DNA of 64,000 bases, from assembly GCA_040755855.1 (NCBI GenBank), contig JBFMAD010000007.1:1-64000 (forward strand), given 5' to 3'. Positions 30,701 to 38,847 of this stretch are shown piece after piece. The position numbers and the translations under genes are program-made. The notes beneath the pieces were generated by a model. It was not told the origin of the DNA, did not search any database, and saw only the letters and a list, made by a program, of their open reading frames with translations. Within the stretch, counting starts at the first letter, position 1. Every line of letters starts with the position of its first letter. The DNA comes from Planctomycetota bacterium. Lineage in GTDB: Bacteria > Planctomycetota > Brocadiia > JAADGH01.

Positions 30701-32343
30701 TCGCCCGGTCCTCGGAAGGCGGCGACGTGTCCTACGTGGAGAGCGCGGGAGGGGGGATTATGAACGTCATGGTCCTCGGTGGGGTGGAGATGGATCTATT
30801 CGCCGTAAACTCGAACGGCGGTTCGATACAGCAGGTGTCGAACAATACATATGGCGGAGACATCTTTCACATTGACGCAGGCGCAGGCAACATCGTGGGC
30901 ATCTTTACGTATGACACGGGGCGGCTCGGCGCCATCTACTCCGGCGGTCCACAATCGGCTCGGCGCGTATTTGCGCGCCACGATCCCTGGCCGGCGCCGC
31001 AGGACCCGCCCGTCCATGTGCCCATCGGCCTCGGCGAGGACTATTTCACAGCCAATGGCATCGTCGCGGCTAATGTTCAGCAGATTCGCGCAGGCGAACT
31101 GAACGGGGCCGATGTCCAGCTTTCAGGGGTTCTGAGCGGACTCACTACGATGCACGGCGTGATTGACACGGACATCACTGCAACCGCCATAATGAACATA
31201 ATGACAAGAGACAGCGTGAAGAACTCCTCCTTTGTCACCACCCTTGGCAATCTGACCTCGTTCCTTGCATATGACACAATCTTGAACAGCACGATCTCTG
31301 CGGCAGGCCAGTTCTTCAGGTTGCTCGCCTTCAATGGCCTCACGAACAGCACGATCGAGGCCGACAGCGTCCAGATGATCCGCGTCATCGGCCCTGTCCG
31401 AGGCACGACGCTTGACGTAACGAATGGCGTCTCGTTGATCAATCTCGGTTATCTCTTGGGCGGATCTAATTTTTCGATCGGCGGGAACCTCGGCAGGTTC
31501 TACGCCAGCGCGGATGTTCGGGATTCCATACTCGACGTGGGCGGCAGCATCACCAGCGGAGTCCAGATCATGGGGGCGATCCGCGACAGCGAGGTAAAGG
31601 CGGGCGGCGGCGTCTCCCGCATAGATGTTTTCAAGGGAATAACGGACACGCTCGTTGACGTGGGCGGCAATTTGGGAGGTTTGACCGTACAGTCCGGAGC
31701 CTCGACAAACAACGTGATCCATATCGGCGGCAACGTAACAATTGCATCCGTCGGAGGAGGGATGGCTGACAGTCTTTTCGCCATTGACGGCTCCCTCCAG
31801 ACTGCACTGATGCGTGGCGTGATCGGAAACACGCAACTCGTTATCGGCGGTAATCTTGTAACCGGCCTGTTTTCGGGCAGCATTATCGGAAGCCGCATCG
31901 AGGTCGGAGGGAACGTGCAGCGGTTCATGTGCTACAACGCTTACACCGACACCAGTATGGCGGTTGGAATGGACCTTCAGCTTCTCAGCCTGATGAAGGG
32001 GATTACAGGTGGAACGGTGGCGCAGCCGAATCTCCTGAACGTTGGGGGTAACTTCGTTATGGCCCAAATCGGCGGCGACATCTCCGCCAATACGAAAATC
32101 TCTGTCGGCGGTCTGCCCCCGGCAGGCCAAGAGTCCGATCTCGTCACGATGAATGTGTTGGGCCTAATATATGGCGACATAGAGGTCTATGGAGATATAT
32201 TAACCCTGCGAAACGCAGGCACCGCGCCGACGCCGACCGGGCCGAGGGAGGGCTTCACGGAGGCGTATCTCCTGAACGACAGGCTTGGCGAACCCACAGG
32301 CGGTAGACTGGATATCGGCGGAAGGGCAATGCGACTCCTCTGA
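27736..32343 (+). CDS. Planctomycete-type extracellular protein: LEPR-XLL-like N-terminus, bacterial Ig-like repeats, C-terminal beta-helix-like repeats
   Basis: LQVEELEYRLAP; repeated DL..SDSG..DDN.T...P.F.V...AVD.AGN.S...IDT.AP modules; many (I/V)GGN(L/V) repeats at the C-terminus; GGAGG RBS. Confidence 0.8.
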   Translation: METHRRIHHGLQVEELEYRLAPGIVSILMDPGSDSGVLNYDQLTNETMPLYWLIIDDVGTVDVDFDGDGEHDAEESIYWDMDVAPGIYPIIPTVPLADGYWTVTVTFYDLLGIPEDIDWSPTWIDTTAPDAPPPYGGNPSLPSLDLWDGTPDSVLNPLGSDSGLFGDDNVTYVTTPTFNVARMSNDLFYRIYRNALGDLEPTLVSSDSDGMGFIGDDGVIYRPYAIEDPFTGAITIVPAMETLTTQPESAVGNPWYYTLRAVDWAGNESPDGPGIHVYLDATGPDLGGGQAIIDLMSESDSGIFNDDDYTNDYTPSFEVSNIAATPGSEDFGLFFRIFRDGVEISHTPIVGDDFHIYKELDPPPEFPWPPIGPGEPTTIGHETLLDQQTPFATPSENVYVYTVQAVDLAGNLSDPGQSDPLTVTIDTLAPQAPTLVDLHFGSDSGAWDDDNYTNITRPRFDVTVNDETQDYWQLWRELWLDPSSSVRVSTGDYVGADGHIYRGSGDPFSPPWAPGSGYEVLTDAQPDSVDEFGRPIPYLYSALAIDIAGNPSDLLSLDLPVIIDTAPPPVMTLGDPRPAEPLPDTPLNYIPGQTEPIHTNWPTFEWPYAMIPAGPFGGGNFDPTKQDCYLTTYWIKMDGGTGPEFEYDTRYGSNWNPAGYGPRPFGDPLPPMPQDDPGTNFAAPDIVYTLPTGGPEPWRLNRGLTYGFHTWQIRAEDLAGNMNDYSNAMTFLIDTHTDADGDIIRLDVDRATLRNAGMDPTLTVLPNFVPPGGGVRPGTGDIASIDIAHTYDGSVLHFYIDPNNPNEPGIGPGDGRFTVGDVRSPANVALGILSIGIPKDWTPSNPGTFEGIGTFRTVAIGGNRLGALIISGDYDASAGQSVTVGGGLGELGLFRAENITLNAPGGHSAILAADTRFVLAPHGNFWDAPGVPLAPIAVQGLLWMVDDSGARLAVGARGGVGQVTLVPMANGIGSVVAEIYLPTPGMTALARSSEGGDVSYVESAGGGIMNVMVLGGVEMDLFAVNSNGGSIQQVSNNTYGGDIFHIDAGAGNIVGIFTYDTGRLGAIYSGGPQSARRVFARHDPWPAPQDPPVHVPIGLGEDYFTANGIVAANVQQIRAGELNGADVQLSGVLSGLTTMHGVIDTDITATAIMNIMTRDSVKNSSFVTTLGNLTSFLAYDTILNSTISAAGQFFRLLAFNGLTNSTIEADSVQMIRVIGPVRGTTLDVTNGVSLINLGYLLGGSNFSIGGNLGRFYASADVRDSILDVGGSITSGVQIMGAIRDSEVKAGGGVSRIDVFKGITDTLVDVGGNLGGLTVQSGASTNNVIHIGGNVTIASVGGGMADSLFAIDGSLQTALMRGVIGNTQLVIGGNLVTGLFSGSIIGSRIEVGGNVQRFMCYNAYTDTSMAVGMDLQLLSLMKGITGGTVAQPNLLNVGGNFVMAQIGGDISANTKISVGGLPPAGQESDLVTMNVLGLIYGDIEVYGDILTLRNAGTAPTPTGPREGFTEAYLLNDRLGEPTGGRLDIGGRAMRLL

Positions 32344-32352
32344 GCTGATAGG

Positions 32353-32880
32353 ATGAAAGACCCCGGGCGCATACTCCTTTTCACAGGCGACGGGAAGGGA
32401 AAGACGACCGCCGCCCTCGGCATGGCCCTGCGCGCGGTGGGGCATGGGATGCCGACGTTTATCCTGCAGTTTATGAAGGCCGATCCTTCGACCGGCGAGA
32501 TCGCCGCTCTGAAGCGCCTCCCCAATGTGGAGATCGTGCAGGCCGGTCTTGGCTTCGCGCCCCCCCCCGGCAGCCCTAAGTTCCCGGAGCACGCCCAGGC
32601 CGCGCGCAACGCCCTTGCCAAGGCATCGGAGGCGCTTGCATCGGACAAATACGCGATGGTAATCCTGGATGAGATCTGCAACGCCGTCGCCCGCGGGTTG
32701 CTCGACGAGGACCGTGTCGTCCAGATGGTCGAGAAAAAACCGGAAGGCATGATCCTGGTGCTCACCGGCCGAGGCGCGACCGATCGCCTGATCGCCCTAG
32801 CCGATACAGTCACCGAGATGCGAGCGATCAAGCACGGCCTCGCCGAAGGCCGAAAGGCGCAAGAGGGAGTTGAATTCTGA
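32353..32880 (+). CDS. cobO: Cob(I)yrinic acid a,c-diamide adenosyltransferase (CobO/BtuR)
   Basis: FTGDGKGKTTAALGMALRAVG, QFMK, ILDEI, VLTGRGA, ADTVTEM, GVEF. Confidence 0.93.
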   Translation: MKDPGRILLFTGDGKGKTTAALGMALRAVGHGMPTFILQFMKADPSTGEIAALKRLPNVEIVQAGLGFAPPPGSPKFPEHAQAARNALAKASEALASDKYAMVILDEICNAVARGLLDEDRVVQMVEKKPEGMILVLTGRGATDRLIALADTVTEMRAIKHGLAEGRKAQEGVEF

Positions 32881-32898
32881 GGCGGGAGACCCGATGAC

Positions 32899-34041
32899 AT
32901 GCAACGTGGAAGAAAACGCATCCTCTTGTCGCTCGCCGTCCTGCTCGCCACTCTGGTTTTAGGGCCGGTTGCCGCCGACGATCCGCCATCCGCCCCCGAT
33001 CCCCGCGTGAAACCGGGGGAGAAGTTCAAGCTGTCGTTCCCGAGCCTGCCCAAGGACCGACATGGGAACACATCCGAAATGGAGATCAGCATCCCGAAGG
33101 AATACACTCCCAGTCGGTATCATCCGCTTTGTGTCTTCATGGGCGGGGCCGATGGGTCGTCGAGCGCTGGTTCCGCCGCGAGCCTGGCGGACCCCGACAA
33201 GTTCATCCTTGCCGGCATGCCCTACCCAATGGGGGCGAACAACGCCAGCCAGAGCAATATGGTCGGCAACTTCCCTGTGATGTGGGCCTACCACAAGAAG
33301 ATGCTGGAGGAGCTTCACAAGGTCGTCCCCAACATCAATCCGGACTTCCGCGTGCTGGCGGGCTTCAGCAACGGCGGTCACTGCATTGACGGCGAACTTG
33401 GGCTGGGCGTCGCGGACTTCTTCAACGTGTTCATCCTGGCCGACGGAGGCGGGGCGAAGGACAGCCCGAAGTATCGCCCCGCGCGCGGTTGCTACATGTT
33501 CGTGTGTTGGGGGGAGAAGTCCCCCGCCAAAGGCTATGTCCCCGGCGTTGCCGCCAAGGCCGCGAAGGCGGGCATGAAGGTCAAGACGATGGAGATGAAG
33601 GGCGAAGGCCATAGCTTCGACGCCGAGAACATGGCCAAGGCCAAGGAATGGATCGAGACCGAAGTCGTTCCCGAGCTGACAAGGGAAATGTTGGCGCGCG
33701 CCAAGAAGGCTAAATCGCGAAATCCAGAAGAGGCATTGGCCGCCATCCAGGGCATGAGACTCCTTGTCGGGGAAGACGACGAGAAGATCGAGAAACAGGT
33801 GGAGAAGATTCTCGACGGTATTGATAAGGTCGCCCGTAAGGAGCTGGACAAGATCAAGCCCGCCCTGACCGAGGACGCAACGTCCCCGAAGCGAAAGGCC
33901 GCCGAGAGCGATTTGCGCGACTTCATCGAAAAATACCAAGGCTTAAAAGTCGCGGACGAGGCGAAGGAACTCCTGGAACCGGGCCCCGCGAAGGAAGAAG
34001 AGAAAGAGGAAGACAAGGAGAAGAAAAAGGAAACCGAGTAG
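32899..34041 (+). CDS. Secreted alpha/beta-hydrolase-fold protein with a charged helical C-terminus
   Basis: Signal peptide; GFSNGG nucleophile elbow; GEGHSF catalytic His segment. Confidence 0.7.
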   Translation: MQRGRKRILLSLAVLLATLVLGPVAADDPPSAPDPRVKPGEKFKLSFPSLPKDRHGNTSEMEISIPKEYTPSRYHPLCVFMGGADGSSSAGSAASLADPDKFILAGMPYPMGANNASQSNMVGNFPVMWAYHKKMLEELHKVVPNINPDFRVLAGFSNGGHCIDGELGLGVADFFNVFILADGGGAKDSPKYRPARGCYMFVCWGEKSPAKGYVPGVAAKAAKAGMKVKTMEMKGEGHSFDAENMAKAKEWIETEVVPELTREMLARAKKAKSRNPEEALAAIQGMRLLVGEDDEKIEKQVEKILDGIDKVARKELDKIKPALTEDATSPKRKAAESDLRDFIEKYQGLKVADEAKELLEPGPAKEEEKEEDKEKKKETE

Positions 34042-34068
34042 CGCCGCCCAAGAGTCCAAGAACACACA

Positions 34069-34110
34069 GGGGTAGAAGCGCCTATGGATGGCGCTTCTCC
34101 CCGTGTTTTA
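34069..34110 (+). terminator. Putative intrinsic terminator between convergent genes
   Basis: GGGG(T)AGAAGCGCC / GGCGCTTCTCCCC stem followed by GTGTTTTA. Confidence 0.6.
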
Positions 34111-34142
34111 TGTGCTGCTGATGCCAGATTACCCGCCGGCAT

Positions 34143-35780
34143 TCACTCCTTCGGCCACGTCAGGCCGGGCCAATCATCGGTTCGGAACGGCGAGGCCGGC
34201 AGGCCCTCCTGGTTGAAGAGGTTGCATCCCTCCGGGTTGTCCGCCCAGGCGTAACGCGCGGCGACCGGCTTGGCCACCTGGTCGCTCGACACGACGACCG
34301 TGTCCTTGCCCTCGATCTTCGCATCGGCCCAGACGAACTTCCTGTCCTCGCCCGCAATCGCGAACTGCTTGAGCGGTTCTCCGCCCTTGGCCGTGAGGCC
34401 GCTCCCCACATGATTGAACTTCACGATGATCTTGTTCCCCTCCACCTTCATTGAGTCATACATCGGACCGGAATAGACGATCTCCTTCCCATACACTGTC
34501 CCCAGCGCGCACAGGGCCAGGCGTTTGCCCACATCTTCTTTGTTCTTGGGATGGATATCGTCCGCTTCGCCGATGTCAATAGTGATGGCCATGCCCGTGT
34601 TGGGCACAGAAAGCGTCTTGACGAAGGACTCGCGGATCTCCGCCCATGCGCTCTCGCTGGGTTCGGCTTTCGGTTTCATAAAGTTGGGCAGCTGGACAAA
34701 CAGGAACGGAAAATCGCCCTCTCCCCAGGCGTCGCGCCAGCACCTGATCATCGTCGGGAAGAGCGTGCGATACTCGTAGGCCCGTCCAGCGTTCCCCTCG
34801 CCCTGATACCAGATCGCGCCGCGAATCGTGTATGGGACGACGGGCATGACCATGCCGTTAAAGAGAACCGATGGTTCGTTCTTAGAGCCGAGGGCCAATT
34901 CCTTCGGCGCCTTGGGGGCGGCGGGCGGTTTTCCGCCCTCCGCCTTCGCTTTCTCCACTTCCTTCTTCCAGGCCATTTGTTCCTTCCGGAACGCGCCGAA
35001 TGCGGCGTTCCAGGGCTTGAAGTACTTGATGTAGTCCTCCCTCATGTCCGGATGCTCTTCGAGTTTCTTGCGGAAGGCATCCGCGATCGGTTTCAGCATT
35101 GGGACCGACTCGATGGCCTCCAGGCTGGTATAGGCCTCCGCCGGCGTGCCGCCCCAGGCGTTCTGGATCAGGCCGACCGGGACCTTCAGGTCCTTGTACA
35201 GCTCCCTGCCGAAGAAATACCCCGCCGCGGAAAAGCCCGGCGCGGTCTCGGGCGAGCAGACCTGCCATGCGCCCGTGCAGTCCTCTCGCGGCTTGACCGA
35301 CGGCGTCAGGTCCACCGTGAACAGGCGGATTTGCGGGAGGTTCGCCCCCGCGATCGCCTGCTCCGCCGCGCTGGAACCGCGAAGCGACATGTGCATATTC
35401 GATTGGCCGGAGCAGACCCACACCTCCCCGATGAGGACGTTCTTGAGGGTGATCGTGTTCTTCCCCTTTACCGTCATCTCGAACGGTCCGCCCTCGGGCA
35501 GGGCCTTAAGCGTCGCCAGCCACTTGCCTTGGTCGTTTGCTGTCACGACGGCCTTCCGATCGCACAGCGCGACGGCGACCTCCTCCCCCGCGTCGGCCCA
35601 GCCCCATATCTGCAGATCCATATGCCGCTGTAAGACCATGTTGTCGCCGATCACTGCGGGCAGCTTGACATCGCCGGCGGCGACCGAAGCCAGAACCGCC
35701 ACCGCCACAAACACACCAACGCCCACGCGCCCATACGCCCGCACGCCCATACGCCCAAACATCTTTCCGCTACTGTCCAT
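34143..35780 (-). CDS. Sialate O-acetylesterase (SASA family), paralog 1
   Basis: GEVWVCSGQSNM, WGGT, WYQGEGN, DIHPKNK, PASPFRTD; AGGAG RBS before ATG 35780. Confidence 0.9.
   Translation of the reverse strand: MDSSGKMFGRMGVRAYGRVGVGVFVAVAVLASVAAGDVKLPAVIGDNMVLQRHMDLQIWGWADAGEEVAVALCDRKAVVTANDQGKWLATLKALPEGGPFEMTVKGKNTITLKNVLIGEVWVCSGQSNMHMSLRGSSAAEQAIAGANLPQIRLFTVDLTPSVKPREDCTGAWQVCSPETAPGFSAAGYFFGRELYKDLKVPVGLIQNAWGGTPAEAYTSLEAIESVPMLKPIADAFRKKLEEHPDMREDYIKYFKPWNAAFGAFRKEQMAWKKEVEKAKAEGGKPPAAPKAPKELALGSKNEPSVLFNGMVMPVVPYTIRGAIWYQGEGNAGRAYEYRTLFPTMIRCWRDAWGEGDFPFLFVQLPNFMKPKAEPSESAWAEIRESFVKTLSVPNTGMAITIDIGEADDIHPKNKEDVGKRLALCALGTVYGKEIVYSGPMYDSMKVEGNKIIVKFNHVGSGLTAKGGEPLKQFAIAGEDRKFVWADAKIEGKDTVVVSSDQVAKPVAARYAWADNPEGCNLFNQEGLPASPFRTDDWPGLTWPKE
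35719..35758. repeat. Five imperfect octamer tandem repeats inside the signal-peptide coding region
   Basis: ACGCCCAC GCGCCCAT ACGCCCGC ACGCCCAT ACGCCCAA. Confidence 0.75.
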
Positions 35781-35796
35781 AACCACTCCTATCCTC

Positions 35797-38253
35797 TCAC
35801 TTCCACTTCCACAGTTTGATCGTCAGGTTTGAATCGCCGCTGGCCAGAATCCCGCCGTCGGGCGAGAAGGCCACCGCCTTGACCTGCCCCTGGTGTCCCT
35901 CCAGGGTGGCCGCCACCTGGCCCGTCTTCACATCCCACAGCCGGACCAGCTTCTGCATGAAACCCATGGCCACCAGAGACCCATCCGGCGAGAAGGCGAT
36001 GGCGCCGATACCGACCCATGCGCCCTTTTCGGCGGGATCATCGCGCCAGGTCATCACCTCCTGCCGGGTCGCCGCATCAATGAGCGTAAGGCTCGACCCG
36101 CCCGCGGCGGCGAGAATCTTTCCGTCGGGGGAGAAACAGATGTCCTCCACCCCGCCCTCGGGGATCGGGACTTGCGCGACCTTCTCGCCGGTCGCCGCAT
36201 CCCAGAATCTGATCTCTCCGTCGCCCCAATCGTAAGATGTGAAAACACTTCCGTCCGGAGAGAACCGAATGGCCTTGGCGCCTCCATCCTCGATGGCGCG
36301 GACCTCCTTGCCGGAGGTCATGTCCAGAATCTTGATATTATCGCCGAAGGCCCCGCACACGAGCCGCTTGCCATCCGGGGAGAAAACCAGCGAGACCACC
36401 AAGCCGTCGTGGGCCTTCCAGGCCGTCACTTCTCGCTCGCCGGCCACATCAAACACCTTGACGACGCCATCCCACCCGGCAGCGGCGATATACCGTCCGT
36501 CGGGGCTGAAGACCGCCCGGCAAACCTTGCCATCAAAGCCAAACAGTCCCGTCTTTTCCGTTGGCGGACCGTCCACACTCCATATTTTCACACACGCCTG
36601 CTCGAACCCGGTCGCCGCCAGAAGCTTGCCGTCCGGGGAGAAGCAGAGGGAGGACACATCCCCAAAGGCAGACTCCTTCGGCTTGATCTCCGCCCACTCC
36701 ACCATGCCGAAGCCAGGGCCGGGACGGGGGATCGGCTTCACGCCGACGCGCACCGGCTCGCCCGGAGGACGGGGGGTCGGACGATCCTCGGCCGCGGCCT
36801 TCGCCGTCGCTGCCGCGGATGGCTTGGGTTTGTAGTCCGCCGTGGCCTTCTCGCTGATGGGGATACCCTTCAGATTGAAAGGGATCGCCGCCTGGCGAAA
36901 CCCCTCCGCCCATGTCACGGCAACGTGAGCAGGCTGGAAGTTGCCCGGCGTCTCAAAATTGGCGCTCCACCCACACCCGCCGGGGCCGCTCCACCCCGAA
37001 CCGCGATCCCCTTCCACCTGCCGCCCGTCCTTCCCGATGACGGCAACCGTATGCGCCGAGAGAAGCGTCGCGCCAAGAGAACCTCCCTCCTGCGCAAGCC
37101 GGGTCATTACCTCCTGATCGTAGCCCAGCTTGATGTTGGCTGTCAGCTTGCCCTCCTTGTCCTGGCTCACCTGGTCCAGGGCCACGTTCACATCTCCCGT
37201 CTTGGTCGTGGCGCCGTTTTGCCAGGGCACAGTCGCCTCTCTTCTCTGCGTCGGCGCCCAGACGGGGATTGTTACTTCCAGGTCGGCGGTGTCCCCCGTG
37301 AGCTGCCCGCCGGGGTGGAACTTCCAGGCCCGGCCGCCCATGCCGTCCTGCATCACCTCGTCGGCCTTGATCGTGACGCGCCGGCCGCCGGCGAACGTGA
37401 AGACGAAGTCCGGGTTCGTCGCCGGGTCCTCAAACGTCGCGCCGGAGCTCTTGTCCACCCGCAGATCGAGGGCCATGCGCTTCACCTTGATGGACTTGGG
37501 CGGTTGCTGTTTGAAGTCGAAGGTGCTTTCTTCGTTCAAGCCGTACCAGACCAAGGCGAGCGGCCCGACCACTTGATACCCCCGGGGCGGCGGGGCGTCG
37601 AACGACCCCGGGATGCCAATCGGGTAGCCGGGCTGCGAGAAGACGGTGAACCCCCACCGCCCCTGGTTGCACACCTCTAAGAGCGCCTCCCAGAAGAAGG
37701 CGTCTTTCATTACGACGGTCAGCCGGGGTCTCTCGCCGCTCCCCTCCCATTTGATGATGCGGTCGGATTGCCGGGCGATCTTGTAGAGGATCGCGTCCAC
37801 CGGTTGGTCCACCGCGTTGAGCGTGATGAAGGGGCTTTGGGGGACGGACCGCATGTCAATCTTCTCGGCGGTTGCGGCGGCGGGCGGTCGGCGAGCGGGT
37901 GTCGGGGCCGGACCGGGTTCGGGTTGTGGTTCCTTCTGCGCTGGTTGTGCTTCGGGGGCCTTCGGTTCGGGTTCGGGTTTGGGTTCGGGGGCGGGTCTCG
38001 GTTCCGGTTTGGGGACCGTGTAGCCGGCCTTTTTCTGGATGTCCTTGATGTCGGCCCGCTTGAACTCCATCGTCCCGTAGGTCATCTGCATGACCACCTT
38101 CTCCGGAGTCTCTTCGAGAATCTTCCCCTCGAAGCGATTGCCGTTCTTCAGGACGAGCGTGTCGGCGGCGAGGCGCAACGGCGCGCAAAATAGCACCGCA
38201 GCGACGATCCATAGGCCCGCTTTCGTCCATGCATGAGTGATGCGCTTCTCCAT
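35797..38253 (-). CDS. Secreted WD40-repeat protein with a Pro/Glu linker
   Basis: Signal peptide; DTLVLKNGNRFEGKILEE N-domain; PEPKPEP linker; about seven FSPDG-type WD40 blades. Confidence 0.88.
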   Translation of the reverse strand: MEKRITHAWTKAGLWIVAAVLFCAPLRLAADTLVLKNGNRFEGKILEETPEKVVMQMTYGTMEFKRADIKDIQKKAGYTVPKPEPRPAPEPKPEPEPKAPEAQPAQKEPQPEPGPAPTPARRPPAAATAEKIDMRSVPQSPFITLNAVDQPVDAILYKIARQSDRIIKWEGSGERPRLTVVMKDAFFWEALLEVCNQGRWGFTVFSQPGYPIGIPGSFDAPPPRGYQVVGPLALVWYGLNEESTFDFKQQPPKSIKVKRMALDLRVDKSSGATFEDPATNPDFVFTFAGGRRVTIKADEVMQDGMGGRAWKFHPGGQLTGDTADLEVTIPVWAPTQRREATVPWQNGATTKTGDVNVALDQVSQDKEGKLTANIKLGYDQEVMTRLAQEGGSLGATLLSAHTVAVIGKDGRQVEGDRGSGWSGPGGCGWSANFETPGNFQPAHVAVTWAEGFRQAAIPFNLKGIPISEKATADYKPKPSAAATAKAAAEDRPTPRPPGEPVRVGVKPIPRPGPGFGMVEWAEIKPKESAFGDVSSLCFSPDGKLLAATGFEQACVKIWSVDGPPTEKTGLFGFDGKVCRAVFSPDGRYIAAAGWDGVVKVFDVAGEREVTAWKAHDGLVVSLVFSPDGKRLVCGAFGDNIKILDMTSGKEVRAIEDGGAKAIRFSPDGSVFTSYDWGDGEIRFWDAATGEKVAQVPIPEGGVEDICFSPDGKILAAAGGSSLTLIDAATRQEVMTWRDDPAEKGAWVGIGAIAFSPDGSLVAMGFMQKLVRLWDVKTGQVAATLEGHQGQVKAVAFSPDGGILASGDSNLTIKLWKWK

Positions 38254-38272
38254 TTCCTGCTCCTTTCGACGC

Positions 38273-38821
38273 CTATTCCTTGCTCTTAAACTTCACGGCA
38301 TCCGCGTTGCAGTAGCCATTATCGGTGTCGTTGTTGAATTCGATGTAGCACCCATCCGGCGCGAATACGTGGTCGCCGAGGCGGAACCAGTGATTGCCCT
38401 CCGTTTGCAGGTTGACGGAGTAGGCGTGGTCCTTCCCATCGGCGTCGTGGACGATGACCGGTTGCTTGGTCGTGCGGTCGGGATCGGCGGACCAATAGAT
38501 GCAGACCTCATATATTCGTTTTGACGAGACCTTCGGGATGAAGCGCGCCCGCCCGACCGCCGATCGGTCGGCGGCGAGATACCGGAAATCCTCGCCATAG
38601 GATCCATTGCCATTGGTGCGATCCGCCGTGCCCCAGTTGCCGGAGACGATCGTGAAGTCCGCGTCGCGGTTGTCAATGATGATCTCCTCGGCAGGCGCTT
38701 TGGCTGTCGGCGGCGGGGCCTTCGTTTCCTGGGTCGGTCCCTTGCCGCAGCCCGCCATGCACATAAGGCATAACACAGCCACCATCAACTGGTTAAGACA
38801 CGTCCACAACTTCTGTCTCAT
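38273..38821 (-). CDS. Lipoprotein with a golvesin/xanthan-lyase CBD-like domain
   Basis: MAG-C lipobox; IIIDN.DADF...GNW, YEVCIYW, WFRLG, ADAVKF; AGGAGG RBS. Confidence 0.75.
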   Translation of the reverse strand: MRQKLWTCLNQLMVAVLCLMCMAGCGKGPTQETKAPPPTAKAPAEEIIIDNRDADFTIVSGNWGTADRTNGNGSYGEDFRYLAADRSAVGRARFIPKVSSKRIYEVCIYWSADPDRTTKQPVIVHDADGKDHAYSVNLQTEGNHWFRLGDHVFAPDGCYIEFNNDTDNGYCNADAVKFKSKE

Positions 38822-38847
38822 AGAGAATCCTCCTTTGCCGCCGCGCA

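Noticed and set aside
32353..32880. Cobalamin biosynthesis cluster or B12 riboswitch around cobO
   Set aside because: cobO stands alone 9 nt after the surface-protein gene; no other cob genes or B12-box seen.
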